Notes under the pieces: generated by a model
Seen by the model: the letters and a program-made list of their open reading frames with translations, nothing else
Told to the model about the DNA's origin: nothing
Databases searched by the model: none
Made by a program: the position numbers and the translations under genes
Source: Squalus acanthias
Taxonomy: Eukaryota
NCBI GenBank assembly: GCA_030390025.1
Contig: JASTWF010000033.1
Location: 1,862,001 to 1,926,000, forward strand
Direction of reading: 5' to 3'
Length of the DNA stretch: 64,000 nucleotides
Shown here: piece after piece, positions 26,773 to 38,775 of the stretch
Layout of the letters: every line of letters begins with the position of its first letter
Numbering within the stretch: position 1 is the first letter of the stretch

Positions 26773-29757
26773 TATGGCAGGGGAATGGGAACCTATGTAG
26801 CGAAACAGGGGGAAGTAATATGCAGTCAGAAACAAATGTTAGAAGGGTGAGAAACAATAGGGGAAGGCCGAGTTAACAAAGGCAAGAAACACAAAGGGCC
26901 ATACTAAATCATAAGTCTAAAAGGACAAAGGATGTTAATAAAACAAGCCTAAAGGCTCTGTGTCTTAATGCAAGGAGTATCCGTAATAAGGTGGATGAAT
27001 TGACTGTGCAAATAAATGTTAACGGATACGATGTGATTGGGATTACAGAGACGTGGCTCCAGAACAATCAAGGCTGGGAACTGAACATCCAGGGGTATTC
27101 AATATTCAGAAAGGATAGAATAAAAGGAAAAGGGGGTGGGGTAGCATTGCTGGTTAAAGAGGAGATTAATGCAATAGCTAGGAAGGACATCAGCTTGGAG
27201 GATGTGGAATCAATATGGGTTGAGCTGCAGAACACCAAAGGGCAGAAAACGTTAGTGGGAGTTGTGTACAGACCTCCAAACAGCAGTAGAGAGGTGGGGG
27301 AGGGTATGAAACAGGAAATCAGAGGTGCGTGCAAAAAAGGCACGGCAGTTATCATGGGTGACTTTAATATGCATATAGATTGGGCTACTCAAACTGGAAG
27401 CAATACGGTGGAGGAGGATTTCCTGGAGTGTTTAAGGGATGGTTTCCTAAACCAATATGTTGAGGAACCAACTCGAGGGGAGGCCATCCTGGACTGGGTG
27501 TTGTGTAATGAGGAGGGAATAATCAGCAATCTTGTGGTACGAGGCCCCCTGGGGAAGAGTGACCATAGTATGGTGGAGTTCTACATTAGGATGGAGAAGG
27601 AAACAGTTAAGTCAGAGACCATGGTCCAGAACTTAAATAAGGGCAACTTTGAGGGTATGAGGCGTGAATTGGCGAGGTTAAATTGGCAAGCGATATTTAA
27701 GGGGCTATCAGTGGAAGGGCAATGGCAGACATTTAGAGATCGCATGGATGAACAACAACAATTGTACATCCCGGACTGGCGTAAAAATAAAAAAGGGAAG
27801 GTGGCTCAACCATGGCTAACAAGGGAAATCAGGGATAGTATTAAAACCAAGGAAGTTGCATACAAATTGGCCAGAAGTAGCAGCAAACCCGGGGACTGGG
27901 AGAACTTCAAAACTCAGCAGAGGAGGACGAAGGGTTTGATTAGGGCAGGGAAAATAAAATATGAAAGGAAGCTTGCAGAGAACATTAAAATGGACTGCAA
28001 AAGCTTCTATAAATATGTAAAAAGAAAGAGGTTAGTAAAAACAAACGTAGGTCCCCTGCAGTCGGAAACAGGGGAAGTCGTAATGGGGAACAAGGAAATG
28101 GCAGATCAATTGAACAAGTACTTTGGTTCGGTGTTTACTGTGGAGGACACACACAACGTGCCGGAAATAAAAGGGGTCAGAGGATCTGGTAAGAGGGAGG
28201 AGCTGAGGGAAATCCTTATTAGTCGGGAAAAGGTATTGGGGAAATTGATGGGACTGAAGGCTGAAAAATACCCGGGGCCTGATGGTCTGCATCCCAGAGT
28301 ACTTAAGGAGATGGCCTTGGAAATAGTGGATGCATTGACGATCATTTTCCAACATTCCTTAGACTCTGGATCAGTTCCGATGGAGTGGAGGGTGGCCAAT
28401 GTAACCCCTCTTTTTAAAAAAGGAGAGAGGGAGAAAGCAGGGAATTATAGACCGGTCAGCCTGACATCGGTCGTGGGTAAAATGATGGAAGCAATTATTA
28501 AAGATGTCATAACAGACAATTTGGAAAGTGGCGACATGATAGGTCCAAGTCAGCATGGATTTGTGAAAGGGAAATCTTGCTTGACAAATCTTCTGGAATT
28601 TTTTGAGGATGTTTCCAATAGGGTGGACAGGGGGGAACCAGTAGATGTGGTGTATTTGGACTTTCAGAAGGCCTTCGACAAGGTCCCACACAAGAGATTG
28701 GTGAGCAAAGTTAAAGCACATGGGATTGGGGGTAATGTGTTGACGTGGATTGAGAACTGGTTGGCACACAGGAAACAAAGAGTAGGAGTAAATGGGTACT
28801 TTTCAGAATGGCAGGCAGTGACCAGTGGGGTACCGCAGGGTTCGGTGCTGGGACCCCAGCTGTTTACATTATATATTAATGAATTGGACGAAGGGATTAA
28901 ATGTAATATCTCCAAATTTGCGGATGACACTAAATTGGGAGGCAGTGTGAACAATGAGGAGGATGCTAGGAGGCTACAGAGTGACTTGGACAGGTTGGGT
29001 GAATGGGAAAATGTATGGCAGATGAAGTACAATGTGGATAAATGTGAGGTTATCCACTTTGGTGGTAAAAATAGAGAGGCGGAATATTACCTGAATGGTG
29101 GCAGATTAGGGAAAGGGGAGGTGCAACGAGACCTGGGCATCATGGTACATCAGTCACTGAAGGTGGGAATGCAAGTGCAGCAGGCAGTCAAGAAAGCAAA
29201 CGGAATGATGGCCTTCATAGTAAGGGGATTTGAGTACAGGTGTAGGGAGGTGATGCTGCAGTTGTACAGGGCCTTGGTGAGGCCACACCTGGAGTAGTGT
29301 GCGCAGTTTTGGTCTCCTAACTTAAGGAAGGACATTCTTGCTATTGAGGGAGTGCAGCGAAGGTTCACTAGATTGATTCCTGGGATGGCCGGACTGACAT
29401 ATCAAGAAAGATTGGGTCAACTGAACTTGTATCCTCTGGAGTTCAGAAGAATGAGGGGGGATCTTATAGAGACATTTAAAATCCTGACTGGTTTAGACAA
29501 ATTAGATGCGGGCAGAATGTTCCCAATGGTAGGGAAAACTAGAACCAGGGGTCACAGCCTAAGGATTAAGGGGAAGCCATTTAGGACTGAGCTGAGGAGG
29601 CAACTTCTTCACCCAGAGAGTGGTGAATCTATGGAATTCTCTTCCACAGAAGGTTGTTGAGGCCAGTTCGCTAAATATATTCAAAAGGGAGTTAGATATA
29701 ACACTCACAACTAAGGGGATCAAGGGGTATGGCGAGAAAGCAGGAATGGGGTACTGA
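26763..29757 (+). pseudogene. CR1-B ORF2 (APE endonuclease plus RT), disabled
   Basis: NARSI, ITETWL, YRPP, GDFN, SDH and RT motifs; TAA at 26874, TAG at 29295 (TAT in B1), extra C at 29601. Confidence 0.9.
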
Positions 29758-29857
29758 GGTAGCATGTTCAGCCATGAACGCATTGAATGGCGGTGCAGGC
29801 TCGAAGGACCGAATGGTCTACTCCTGTACCTATTTTCTATGTTTCTATGTTTCTATG

Positions 29858-32800
29858 CCATGTGTGTATGGAGTTTCACAGTGTATCAGAATCCTGCCGG
29901 GTGAGTATGGAGTGTCACAATGTATCAGGATCCTGCCAGGTGTGTATAGGGTTTTGCAGTGTATCAGGATACTACCAGGTGTGTTTGGGGCTTCACAGTG
30001 TATCAGTATCCTGCCTGGTGTGTATCGGTTTTCAGTGTATCAGGATCCAGCCAGGTGTGTATGGGGTTTCACCGTATATCAGGATCCTGCCAGGTGTGTA
30101 TGGGGTTTCACAGTGTATCAGGATCCTGCCTGGTGTATATGGGGTTTCACAGTGTATTAGGATCCTGCCTGGTGTGTATGGGGTTTCAGTGTATCGGGGT
30201 CCTGCCAGGTGTGTATGGGGTTTCACAGTGTATCAGTATCCTGCCTGGTGTGTATGGGGTTTCGCAGTGTATCAGGATCCTGCCAGGTGTGTATGGGGTT
30301 TCTCAGTGAATCAGGATCCTGCCAGGTGTGTATGGGTTTTCACAGTGTATCACGATCCTGACACGTTTGTATGGGGTTTCACAGTGTACCTGGTTCCTGC
30401 CAGGTGTGTATGAGGTTTCACAGTGTATCAGGATCCTGCCAGGTGTACATGGGGTTTCAATGTATCAGGATCGTGCCAGGTGTTTATCGGGTTTCACAGT
30501 ATATCAGGATCCTGCCAGTTGTGTATGGGGTTTCACAGTGTATCAGGATCCTACCAGGTGTGTATGGGTTTTAACAGTGTTTCAGGATCCTGCCAGGTGT
30601 GTATGGGGTTTTACAGTTTATCAGGATCGTGCCAGGTGTTTATGGGGTTTCAAAGTATATCAGGATCCTGCCAGTTGTGTATGGGGTTTCACAGAGTATC
30701 AGGGTTCTACCAGGGGTGTATGGGGTATCACTGTGTATCGGGATCCTGCCAGGTTTGTATGGGGTTTCACAGTGTATCAGGATCCTGCCAGGTGTGTATG
30801 TGGTTTTACAGTGTATCAGGATCCTGCCAGGTGTGTATGGGGTTTCACAGTGTATCAGGATCCTACCAGGTGTGTATGGGTTTTAACAGTGTTTCAGGAT
30901 CCTGCCAGGTGTATATGGGGTTTTACAGTTTATCAGGATCGTGCCAGGTGTTTATGGGGTTTCAAAGTATATCAGGATCCTGCCAGTTGTGTATGGGGTT
31001 TCACAGAGTATCAGGGTTCTACCAGGGGTGTATGGGGTATCACTGTGTATCAGGATCCTGCCAGGTTTGTATGGGGTTTCACAGTGTATCAGGATCCTGC
31101 CAGGTGTGTATGTGGTTTTACAGTGTATCAGGATCCTGCCAGGTGTGTATGGGGTTGCACAGTGTATCAGGATCCTGCCAGGTGTGTATGTGGTTTCAAA
31201 GTGTATGAGGATCCTGCCAGGTGTGTATGGAGTTTCACAATGTATCAGGATCCTGCCAGATGTGTTTGGGGCTTCACAGTGTATCAGGATCCTGCCTGAT
31301 GTGTATGGGTTTTCAGTGTATCAGGATCCAGCCAGGTGTGTATGGGGTTTCACAGAACATCAGGATCCTGCCAGGTGTGTATGGGGTTTCACAGTGTATA
31401 AGAATCCTGCCTGGTGTATATGGGGTTTCACAGTGTATCAGGATCCTGCCAGGTGTGTATGGGGTTTCTGTATAAAGATCCTGCCTGGTATGTATGGTGT
31501 TTCACATTGTATCAGTATCCTGCCAGGTGTGTATGGGGTTTCACAGTGTATCAGGATCCTGCCAGGTGTGGATGGGGTTTCAGTGTATCGGGGTCCTGCC
31601 AGGTGTGTATGGGGTTTCACAGTTTATCAGTATCCTGCCTGGTGTGTATGGGGTTTCACAGTGTATCAGGATCCTGCCAGGTGTTTATGGGGTTTCAAAG
31701 TATATCAGGATCCTGCCAGTTGTGTATGGGTTTTCACAGTGTATCAGGATACTACCAGGGGTGTATGGGGTATCACAGTGTATCAGGATCCTGCCAGGTG
31801 TGTATGGGGTTTCACAGTGTATCAGGATCCTGCCAGGTGTGTATGGGGTTTCAGTGTATCGGGGTCCTGCCAGGTGTGTATGGGGTTTCACAGTGTATCA
31901 GGATCCTGCCAGGTGTGTATGGGGTTTTACAGTGTATCAGGATCGTGCCAGGTGTTTATGGGGTTTCACAGTGTGTCAGGATCCTGCCAGGTGTGTATGG
32001 GGTTTCACAGTGTATCAGGATCCTGCTTGGTGTGTATGGGGTATCACAGTGTATCAGGATCCTGTCAGGTGTGTATGGGGTTTCACAGTGTATCAGGATC
32101 CTGCCAGGTGTGTATGTGGTTTTACAGTGTATCAGGATCCTGCCAGGTGTGTATGGGGTTGCACAGTGTATCAGGATCCTGCCAGGTGTGTATGTGGTTT
32201 CAAAGTGTATGAGGATCCTGCCAGGTGTGTATGGGGTTTCACAGTGTATCAGGATCCTGCCTGGTGCATATGGGGTTTCACAGTGTATCAGGATCCTGCC
32301 TGGTGTATATGCGGTTTCACAGTGTATCAGGATCCTGCCACGTGTGTATGATGTTTCACAATATATCAGGATCCTGCCAAATGTGTATGGGGGATAACAG
32401 TGTATCATGATCCTGCCAGGTGTGTATGGGGTTTCACAGCGTATCAGGATCTTGCCAGGTTTGTATGGGGTTTCACAGTGTATCAGGATGCAGCCAGGTG
32501 TGTATGGGGTTTCACAGTGTATCAAGATCCTGCCAGGTGTGTATGGGGTTTCACAGTGTATTAGGATCCTGCCAGGTGTGTCTGGGGTTTCACAGTGTAG
32601 CAGGATCCTGCCAGGTGTGTATGGGGTTTTACAGTGTATCAGGATCCTGCCAGGTGTGTATGGGGTTTCACAGTGTATCAGGATCCTGCCAGGTGTGTAT
32701 GAGGTTTCACAGTGTTTCAGGATCCTGCCAGGTGTGTATGGGGTTTTACTGTGTATCAGGATCGTGCCAGGTGTTTATCGGTTTTCACAGTATATCAGGA

Positions 32801-35734
32801 ACCTGACAGTTGTGTATGGGGTTTCACAGTGTATCAGGATCCTACCAGGGGTGTATGGGGTATCACAGTGTATCAGGATCCTGCCAGGTGTGTATGGGGT
32901 TTCACAGTGTATCAGGATCCTGCCAGGTGTGTATGTGGTTTCACAGTGTATCAGGATCCTGCCAGGTGTGTATGGGGTTGCACAGAGTATCAGGATCCTG
33001 CCAGGTGTGTATGTGGTTTCAAAGTGTATGAGGATCCTGCCAGGTGTGTATGGAGTTTCACAATGTATCAGGATCTTGCCAGGTGTGTATAGGGTTTCGC
33101 AGTGTATCAGGATACTGCCAGGTGTGTTTGGGGTTTCACAATGTATCAGGATCCTGCCAGGTGTGTATGGGGTCTAACAGTTTATCAGAATCCTGCCAGG
33201 TATGTATGGGGTTTCACAGTGTAACAGGATCCTGCCAGGTGTGTATGGGGTTTCACAGTATATCAGGATCCTGCCAGGTGTGTATTGGGTTTCACGGTGT
33301 ATCAGGATCCTGCCATGTGTGTATGGGGTTTCACAGTGTATCAGAATCCTGCCAGGTGAGTATGGAGTTTCACAATGTATCAGGATCCTGCCAGGTGTGT
33401 ATAGGGTTTTGCAGTGTATCAGGATACTGCCAGGTGTGTTTGGGGCTTCACAGTGTATCAGGATCCTGCCTGATGTGTATGGGTTTTCTGTGTATCAGGA
33501 TCCAGCCAGGTGTGTATGGGGTTTCACAGTATATCAGGATCCTGCCAGGAGTTTATGGGGTTTCACAGTGTATCAGGATCCTGCCTGGTGTATATGGGGT
33601 TTCACAGTGTATCAGGATCCTGCCTGGTGTGTATGGGGTTTCACAGTGTATCAGGATCCTGCCAGGTGTGTATGGGGTTTCAGTGTATCAGGATCCAGCC
33701 AGGTGTGTATGGGGTTTCACAGTATATCAGGATCCTGCCAGGTATGTATGGGGTTTCTCAGTGAATCAGGATCCAGCCAGGTGTGTATGGGGTTTCACAG
33801 TGTATCGTGATCCTGCCAGGTGTTTATGGGGTTTCAAAGTATATCAGGATCCTGCCAGTTGTGTATGGGGTTTCACAGTGTATCAGGATTCTACCAGGGG
33901 TGTATGGGGTATCACCGTGTATCAGGATCCTGCCAGGTGTGTATGGGGTTTCACAGTGTATCAGGATCCTGCCAGGTGTGTATGTGGTTTTACAGTGTAT
34001 CAGGATCCTGCCAGGTGTGTATGGGGTTGCACAGTGTATCAGGATCCTGCCAGGTGTGTATGAAGTTTCACACTGTATCAGGATCCTGCCAGGTGTGTTT
34101 GGGGCTTCACAGTGTATCAGGATCCTGCCTGATGTGTATGGGTTTTCAGTATATCAGGATCCAGCCAGGTGTGTATGGGGTTTCACAGTATATCAGGATC
34201 CTGTCGGGTGTGTATGGCGTTTCACAGTTTATCAGGATCCTGCCTGGTGTATATGGGGTTTCACAGTGTATCAGGATCCTGCCTGGTGTGTATGGGATTT
34301 CAGAGTGTATCAGGATCCTGCCAGGTGTGTATGGGGTTTCAGTGTATCATGATCCTGCCTGGTATGTATGGTGTTTCACATTGTATCAGGATCCTGCCAG
34401 GTGTGGATGGGGTTTCACAGAGTATCAGCATCCTGCCTGGTGTGTATGGGGTTTCACAGTGTATCAGGATCCTGCCAGGTGTTTATGGGGTTTCAAAGTA
34501 TATCAGGATCCTGCCAGTTGTGTATGGGGTTTCACAGTGTATCAGGATTCTACCAGGGGTGTATGGGGTATCACAGTGTATCAGAATACTGCCAGGTGTG
34601 AATGGGGTTTCACAGTGTATCAGGATCCTGCCAGGTGTGTATGGGGTTTCAGTGTATCGGGGTCCTGCCAGGTGTGTATGGGGTTTCACAGTGTATCAGG
34701 ATCCTGCCAGGTGTGAATGGGGTTTCACAGTGTATCAGGATCCTGCCAGGTGTTTATGTGGTTTCACAGTGTATCACGATCCTGCCAGGTTTGTATGGGG
34801 TTTCACAGTGTACCTGGTTCCTGCCAGGTGTGTATGAGGTTTCACAGTGTATCAGGATCCTGCCAGGTGTGTATGGGGTTTCAGTGTATCAGGATCCAGC
34901 CAGGTGTGTATGGGGTTTCACAGTGTATCAGGATCCTGGCAGGTGTGTATGGGGTTTCACAGTGTATCAGGATCCTGCCAGGTGTGTATGGGGTATCACA
35001 GTGTACCTGGTTCCTGCCAGGTGTGTATGAGGTTTCACAGTGTATCAGGATCCTGCCAGGTGTGTATGGGTTTTAACAGTGTTTCAGGATCCTGCCAGGT
35101 GTGTATGGGGTTTTACAGTTTGTCAGGATCGTGCCAGGTGTTTATGGGGTTTCAAAGTATATCAGGATCCTGCCAGTTGTGTATGGGGTTTCACAGTGTA
35201 TCACGGTTCTACCAGGGGTGTATGGGGTATTACTGTTTATCAGGATACTGCCAGGTTTGTATGGGGTTTCACAATGTATAAGGATCCTGCCAGGTGTGTA
35301 TGTGGTTTTACAGTGTATCAGGATCCTGCCAGGTGTGTATGGGGTTGCACAGTGTATCAGGATCCTGCCAGGTGTGTATGTGGTTTCAAAGTGTATGAGG
35401 ATCCTGCCAGGTGTGTATGGAGTTTCACAATGTATCAGGATCCTGCCAGGTGTGTTTGGGGCTTCACAGTGTATCAGGATCCTGCCTGATGTTTATGGGT
35501 TTTCAGTGTATCAGGATCCTGCCAGGTGTGTATGGGGTTTCACAGTGTATCAGGATCCTGCCAGGTGTGTATGGGGTATCACAGTGTACCTGGTTCCTGC
35601 CAGGTGTGTATGAGGTTTCACAGAGTATCAGGATCCTGCCAGGTGTGTATGGGTTTTAACAGTGTTTCAGGATCCTGCCAGGTGTGTATGGGGTTTTACA
35701 GTTTATCAGAACGTGCCAGGTGTTTATGGGGTTT
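29858..35734 (-). repeat. 39-bp minisatellite, block 5, opposite orientation
   Basis: GTGTGTATGGGGTTTCACAGTGTATCAGGATCCTGCCAG units; 312-bp (8-unit) duplication marked by agggttctaccagggg at 30701 and 31013. Confidence 0.96.
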
Positions 35735-35833
35735 CATAGATACATAGATACATAGAAGATAGGAGCAGGAGTAGGCCATCCGGCCCTTCGAGCCTGCTCC
35801 GCCATTTAATGAGATCATGGCTGATCCTCCAAT

Positions 35834-38701
35834 TCAGTATCCCGTCCCCGCCTTCTCTCTGTAACCCTTAACCCCTTTTGCCTGTAGAAATATATCTAAT
35901 TCCCTCTTAAATATATTTAATGAGCTGGCGTACACTGCCCTCTGTGGCAATGAGTTCCACAGGTTCACCACCCTCTGAGTGAAGAAATTCCCCCTCATTT
36001 CTGTCCTAAATTGTTTAGCCCTTATCCTTAAATGATGTCCTCTAGTTCTGTTCTCACCCGCCAAGGGAAACATTCCTTCTGCATCTAGTCTGTCTAGACC
36101 TGTCAGAATTTTATACACTTCTATGAGGTCCCCTCTCAATCTTCTAAACTCCAGTGTGTACATCCCTAAACTACATAGTCTCTCCTCATAGGTCAATCCC
36201 GCCATTCCTGGTATCAGCCTGGTGAATCGCCGCTGCACCCCCTCCATGGCAAGAACATCTTTCCTCAGATGAGGCGACCAAAACTGTACACAGTACTCGA
36301 GGTGTGGTCTCACCAGTGCCCTGTACAGCTGCAGCAAGGTATCCCTGTTCCTGTATTCCAACCCTTTTGCTATGAAGGCCAGCATACCGTTTGCCTTCTT
36401 GATCGCCTGTTGCACCTGCATGCTCGCCTTCAGTGACTGGTGTACAAGAACACCCAGGTCTCTCTGTACTTCCCCCTCTCCCAATTTATTGCCATTTAAA
36501 TAATAATTTGCCCTCCCGTTCCTGCACCCAAGGTGGATAACTTCGCACTTGTCCACATTATAGTGCATCTGCCATTTATCCGCCCAATCACCCAGTCTGT
36601 CCAAATCGCTCTGGAGCTTCCTGGTCTCCTCCTCTGAGCCCACCCCCCCTCCTAGTTTAGTGTCGTCTGCAAATTTGGAAATGCTGCATCCGACTCCCTG
36701 ATCCAGGTCATTAATGTAAATTGTGAACAGCTGGGGACCCAGGACAGATCCCTGTGGTACCCCACTTGTTACTGCCTGCCATTCAGAAAATGAGCCGTTT
36801 ATTCCAACTCTCTGTTTTCTATCTGACAGCCAGTTCTCTATCCACGTCAATACTTTCCCCTTTATCCCATGAGCTTCAATTTTCCATGCTAATCTTTTAT
36901 GTGGGACCTTATCGAAGGCCTTTTGGAAGTCCAGGTACACCACATCTACTGGCTCTCCCCCATCTATTTTACCAGTTACTCCCTCAAAAAATTCCAATAG
37001 ATTAGTCAAGCACGATTTACCCTTTGTAAATCCATGTTGACTCTGTCCTATCCTGTCCCCATTTGCTAAGTGCTCCGCTATTTCATCCTTAATGATGGAC
37101 TCCAGCATTTTGCCCACAACTGATGTAAGGCTTACAGGTCTGTAATTACCTGCTTTTTCCCTACTCCCCTTTTTGAATAGTGGGGTAACGTTAGCTACCC
37201 TCCAATCCATGGGCACTGTTCCCGAGTCTAATGAATTCTGAAAAATCATACTTAGTGCATCCGCTATCTCTAGGGCCACCTCCTTCAGCACCCTAGGATG
37301 CATGTTATCAGGCCCTGGGGATTTGTCCGCCTTCAATCCCTTTAGCTTCCTTAACACCATATCCTTAGAGATATTGACGTGCGTCAGTTCCTCCTTTGCA
37401 AATGTCCCTATTTTTCCCGATATCCCAGGGAGGTTTTTTGTGTCTTCCTTCGTAAAGACTGACCCAAAGTATGCATTTATTTGGTCTGCCATTTCTTTAT
37501 TTCCCGTTATATATTCCCCCGTATCTGACTGCAATGGGCCAACTTTGGTTTTCACCAGTCTTTTCCTCTTGATATACTTATAAAAGCTTTTGGAGTTAGT
37601 TTTTATATTTTCCGCCAGCTTGCTTTCGTAAGCTATTTTGCCCCTCTTGATTAAGCCCTTTGTCCTCCTTTGCTCTATCTTAAACTGTTCCCAATCTTCC
37701 GCTCTGGCGCTTTTTTTGGCTATTTTATACGCCCTATCTTTGGATTTTATGCTGTCTCTAATTTCCCCTGTTATCCACGGTTGAGTCACCTTTTTAGATT
37801 TCCTTTTATGCCAGATTGGTATAAACAATTTTTGCAATTTTGTCATTCTATCTTTAAATGCTTGCCATTGTTTATCTACCTCCAGTCCTCCCAGGAACGT
37901 TGTCCAATCAGACCTACTCAGTTCCCGTCTAATGGCATCATAATTCCCCTTGTTTAAATTCAGGACCTTAGTATCTGAGTCAATTTCTTCGCTCTCCATT
38001 TCGAGTGAGAAATCGATCATGTTATGATCGCTCTGACCCAAGGGTCCCCGTACAACAAGATTACTAATTAGTCCCTTCTCATTGCACAGTACCCAGTCCA
38101 ATATAGCCTGTTCCCGAGTTGGTTCCTCGACATATTGATCCAGATAACCATCCCTTAAACACTCAAGGAATTCCTCCTCCTCATTATTTTTACTGATTAG
38201 GCTATTCCAATCTATATGTAAGTTAAAGTCACCTATGATGACAGCTGTGCTCTTATTGCACGCTTCTCTAATTTCCCTCGTGATGCCCTCCCCAACCTCT
38301 ATTTTACTATTTGGAGGCCTATATACCACTCCTATTAATGTTTTTCGCCCCTCGCTATTTCTTAGCTCCACCCATATAGATTCTGTATTAACTGAGTTAA
38401 TATCCTTCCTTTCAATTGCATTTATCCCTTCTTTTACCAGCAATGCTACCCCTCCTCCCTTTCTTTTTTGTCGATCCTTCCTAAATACTGAATACCCCTG
38501 TATGTTAAGCTCCCAGCCCTGCTCACCCTGCAACCATGTTTCCGTAATCCCAATTAGATCATAATTATTAACCTCTATTTCCACAGCTAATTCATCTACC
38601 TTGTTCCTGATGCTTCTCGCATTAAGGTATAAAACCCTCAGGCTTTTTTTATGCTCACATTTTTTATGAATTGGTTTGGCCCTTTGTTTTTTGTTCCTCA
38701 C
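35834..38701 (-). CDS. CR1 ORF2p: APE endonuclease plus reverse transcriptase, uninterrupted 955 codons, no AUG before the endonuclease domain
   Basis: [51 protein letters not shown]. The track start is GTG. Confidence 0.93.
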   Translation of the reverse strand: MRNKKQRAKPIHKKCEHKKSLRVLYLNARSIRNKVDELAVEIEVNNYDLIGITETWLQGEQGWELNIQGYSVFRKDRQKRKGGGVALLVKEGINAIERKDINSVNTESIWVELRNSEGRKTLIGVVYRPPNSKIEVGEGITREIREACNKSTAVIIGDFNLHIDWNSLISKNNEEEEFLECLRDGYLDQYVEEPTREQAILDWVLCNEKGLISNLVVRGPLGQSDHNMIDFSLEMESEEIDSDTKVLNLNKGNYDAIRRELSRSDWTTFLGGLEVDKQWQAFKDRMTKLQKLFIPIWHKRKSKKVTQPWITGEIRDSIKSKDRAYKIAKKSARAEDWEQFKIEQRRTKGLIKRGKIAYESKLAENIKTNSKSFYKYIKRKRLVKTKVGPLQSDTGEYITGNKEMADQINAYFGSVFTKEDTKNLPGISGKIGTFAKEELTHVNISKDMVLRKLKGLKADKSPGPDNMHPRVLKEVALEIADALSMIFQNSLDSGTVPMDWRVANVTPLFKKGSREKAGNYRPVSLTSVVGKMLESIIKDEIAEHLANGDRIGQSQHGFTKGKSCLTNLLEFFEGVTGKIDGGEPVDVVYLDFQKAFDKVPHKRLAWKIEAHGIKGKVLTWIENWLSDRKQRVGINGSFSEWQAVTSGVPQGSVLGPQLFTIYINDLDQGVGCSISKFADDTKLGGGVGSEEETRKLQSDLDRLGDWADKWQMHYNVDKCEVIHLGCRNGRANYYLNGNKLGEGEVQRDLGVLVHQSLKASMQVQQAIKKANGMLAFIAKGLEYRNRDTLLQLYRALVRPHLEYCVQFWSPHLRKDVLAMEGVQRRFTRLIPGMAGLTYEERLCSLGMYTLEFRRLRGDLIEVYKILTGLDRLDAEGMFPLAGENRTRGHHLRIRAKQFRTEMRGNFFTQRVVNLWNSLPQRAVYASSLNIFKRELDIFLQAKGVKGYREKAGTGY

Positions 38702-38775
38702 CCTTTTACCATTTATTTCTGTCTGCCTTTCACTTTCCTCTATTTCACTACATAGGTTTCAAGCCCCCTGCCATA

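Larger units (their letters stand above)
25795..29857 (+). mobile_element. CR1 LINE, subfamily B, near-full-length copy B2 (5' UTR in gap)
   Basis: ORF1, ORF2 (APE endonuclease plus RT), 3' stem-loop and (TTTCTATG)3 tail. Confidence 0.96.

Noticed and set aside
8380..35740. Sequence-specific (R2/Tx1-like) targeting by these CR1s
   Set aside because: Junctions fall at different positions and orientations in the monomer.
6949..35747. Many Cys-rich ORFs ([39 protein letters not shown] repeats)
   Set aside because: The 39-bp unit is 13 codons and stop-free in all three frames on one strand. The 37-bp variants shift frame freely, so there is no sign of coding constraint.
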